A stretch of DNA of 52,541 nucleotides, counting the filler, from Jimgerdemannia flammicorona (taxonomy: Eukaryota), in NCBI GenBank assembly GCA_003990765.1. It is 2 parts of 2 records of this genome, joined end to end, with 100 filler letters (N's around TTAATTAATTAA, not from the genome) between each part and the next. Parts side by side here need not be neighbours in the genome. Positions count along the whole stretch, not along the records: positions 26,322 to 52,541 come from RBNJ01000751.1; 1 more part is not named here. The stretch is one strand, 5' to 3'. The notes under the pieces are model-generated. The model did no database searches, had not been told where the DNA came from, and saw only the letters and a list, made by a program, of their open reading frames with translations. This document shows, piece by piece, positions 51,601 to 52,541 of the stretch; position 1 is the first letter of the stretch; each line of letters opens with the position of its first letter. The position numbers were made by a program, and so were the translations under genes.

Positions 51601-52523
51601 AAGATTGCTAAAGAAGTCCTCTCCTAGATCACTCTTAAGTTTTCTAATTATAAACTGTTCTCTCTTGAATGACAACTTAGACCAATGGCTCTAAGGCCTT
51701 TCTGATCTCTTTGAAGAACTACCCATCTGAATAGATATTCTCAGATATGACTAGCAAGTCTTCTACCTAGATGGTCCCAACTGTATTAGATGGAGGACCT
51801 CTATACCACTATCTGCAGATACTTAAGAACTATTTACAGACCTCTATATTTTATACTGAGCCATCAGCAACTACCCCTCTAATAACTGATTGTGAAGGTA
51901 ACTGTAATGAGATATAAAGGATGCCACAACTCCTCCCTTAGTTCTCAACTTTCAAATCAATATAAATTTTGATTTTTAAGAGGTGAAGAATATAATAGAA
52001 TAAACAAATAAGATATAATGAGTGATCACATAATCTAGCAATAATGTGGCATATAATAAATATAATAAATAAGATATAAAAAATATAGATAAAATGATAT
52101 TCAACTTATCTCTAGTAACTGGTACTATAGCAATCACTATAGCAACTGATTATTATCTAATAGTTTATAGTATAAAGGTTTTAATTATAAAGATCATCTA
52201 TAGTTACCAAATTAGTCACTCATACTTAGTCAGAAATTATGAACTAACTTGTATAAATACTGCTAATATTTCATTTGAAATAAAGTAGTTTTGGTTCAGT
52301 TCTTAATATATAAATCAAGTCTTCTCTCTATATACACATATTTCCCTAACTTTTAATAATGACACCTAAGTAACTCTAGTGATCTGACTAAACTTTAAAA
52401 GCCTAGCTAACTTTTACCAGAACTAAGACTAATATATAATTCCCAAAGACTTAAGAAAAGCCTCTTATTGAATCTAAATTTCAAGGAAAATTTAGTCTGT
52501 GCACAGTAAATAATAAGTCTCTT
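48696..52523 (+). mobile_element. Gypsy B2 continued (RH-IN-chromodomain, accessory ORF, PPT, partial 3' LTR from 51991), heavily decayed
   Basis: Colinear with the reverse complement of B1 ~8920-4920; very TpA-rich. Confidence 0.88.
51169..51979 (+). pseudogene. B2 3' accessory ORF
   Basis: Nucleotide homology to 5490-6311; ATG decayed to ATA; TAA abuts the PPT. Confidence 0.7.
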
Positions 52524-52541
52524 ATAACTGTAGTTTTTTTT

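Noticed and set aside
1..52541. Host genes, tRNA/rRNA genes, CRISPR arrays, telomeric arrays
   Set aside because: None seen; the whole window is explained by retroelements and the assembly gap

Overview
Gene-free eukaryotic (probably fungal; inferred) heterochromatin-like region made entirely of nested, decayed retroelements, with a 100-nt assembly gap at 26222-26321. It contains: (i) five minus-strand L1/Tx1-like LINE copies or fragments, two with poly(A) tails and one with a perfect 13-bp TSD; (ii) an endonuclease-less Penelope-like element (PLE) whose two direct terminal repeats were each hit by a LINE; (iii) three Ty3/Gypsy families: A (38273-48695, complete, 2063-bp LTRs), B (complete copy B1 at 4722-13752, plus a fragmented older copy B2) and C (32291-38155, 5'-truncated). 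CpG is almost eliminated and the oldest copies also show CpA->TpA decay. Main candidate novelty, found by manual translation through decay-induced stops: all three Gypsy families share an accessory kit. It consists of a dUTPase, an adjacent C-P-H-x12-C-x2-C module, and a homologous 3' accessory ORF that lies inside both LTRs in A, before the PPT with its own TATA box in B, and after integrase in C. A ~135-bp patch of one LTR, containing CRE and E-box palindromes, escaped CpG decay. Internal domain boundaries are approximate and no database searches were run.
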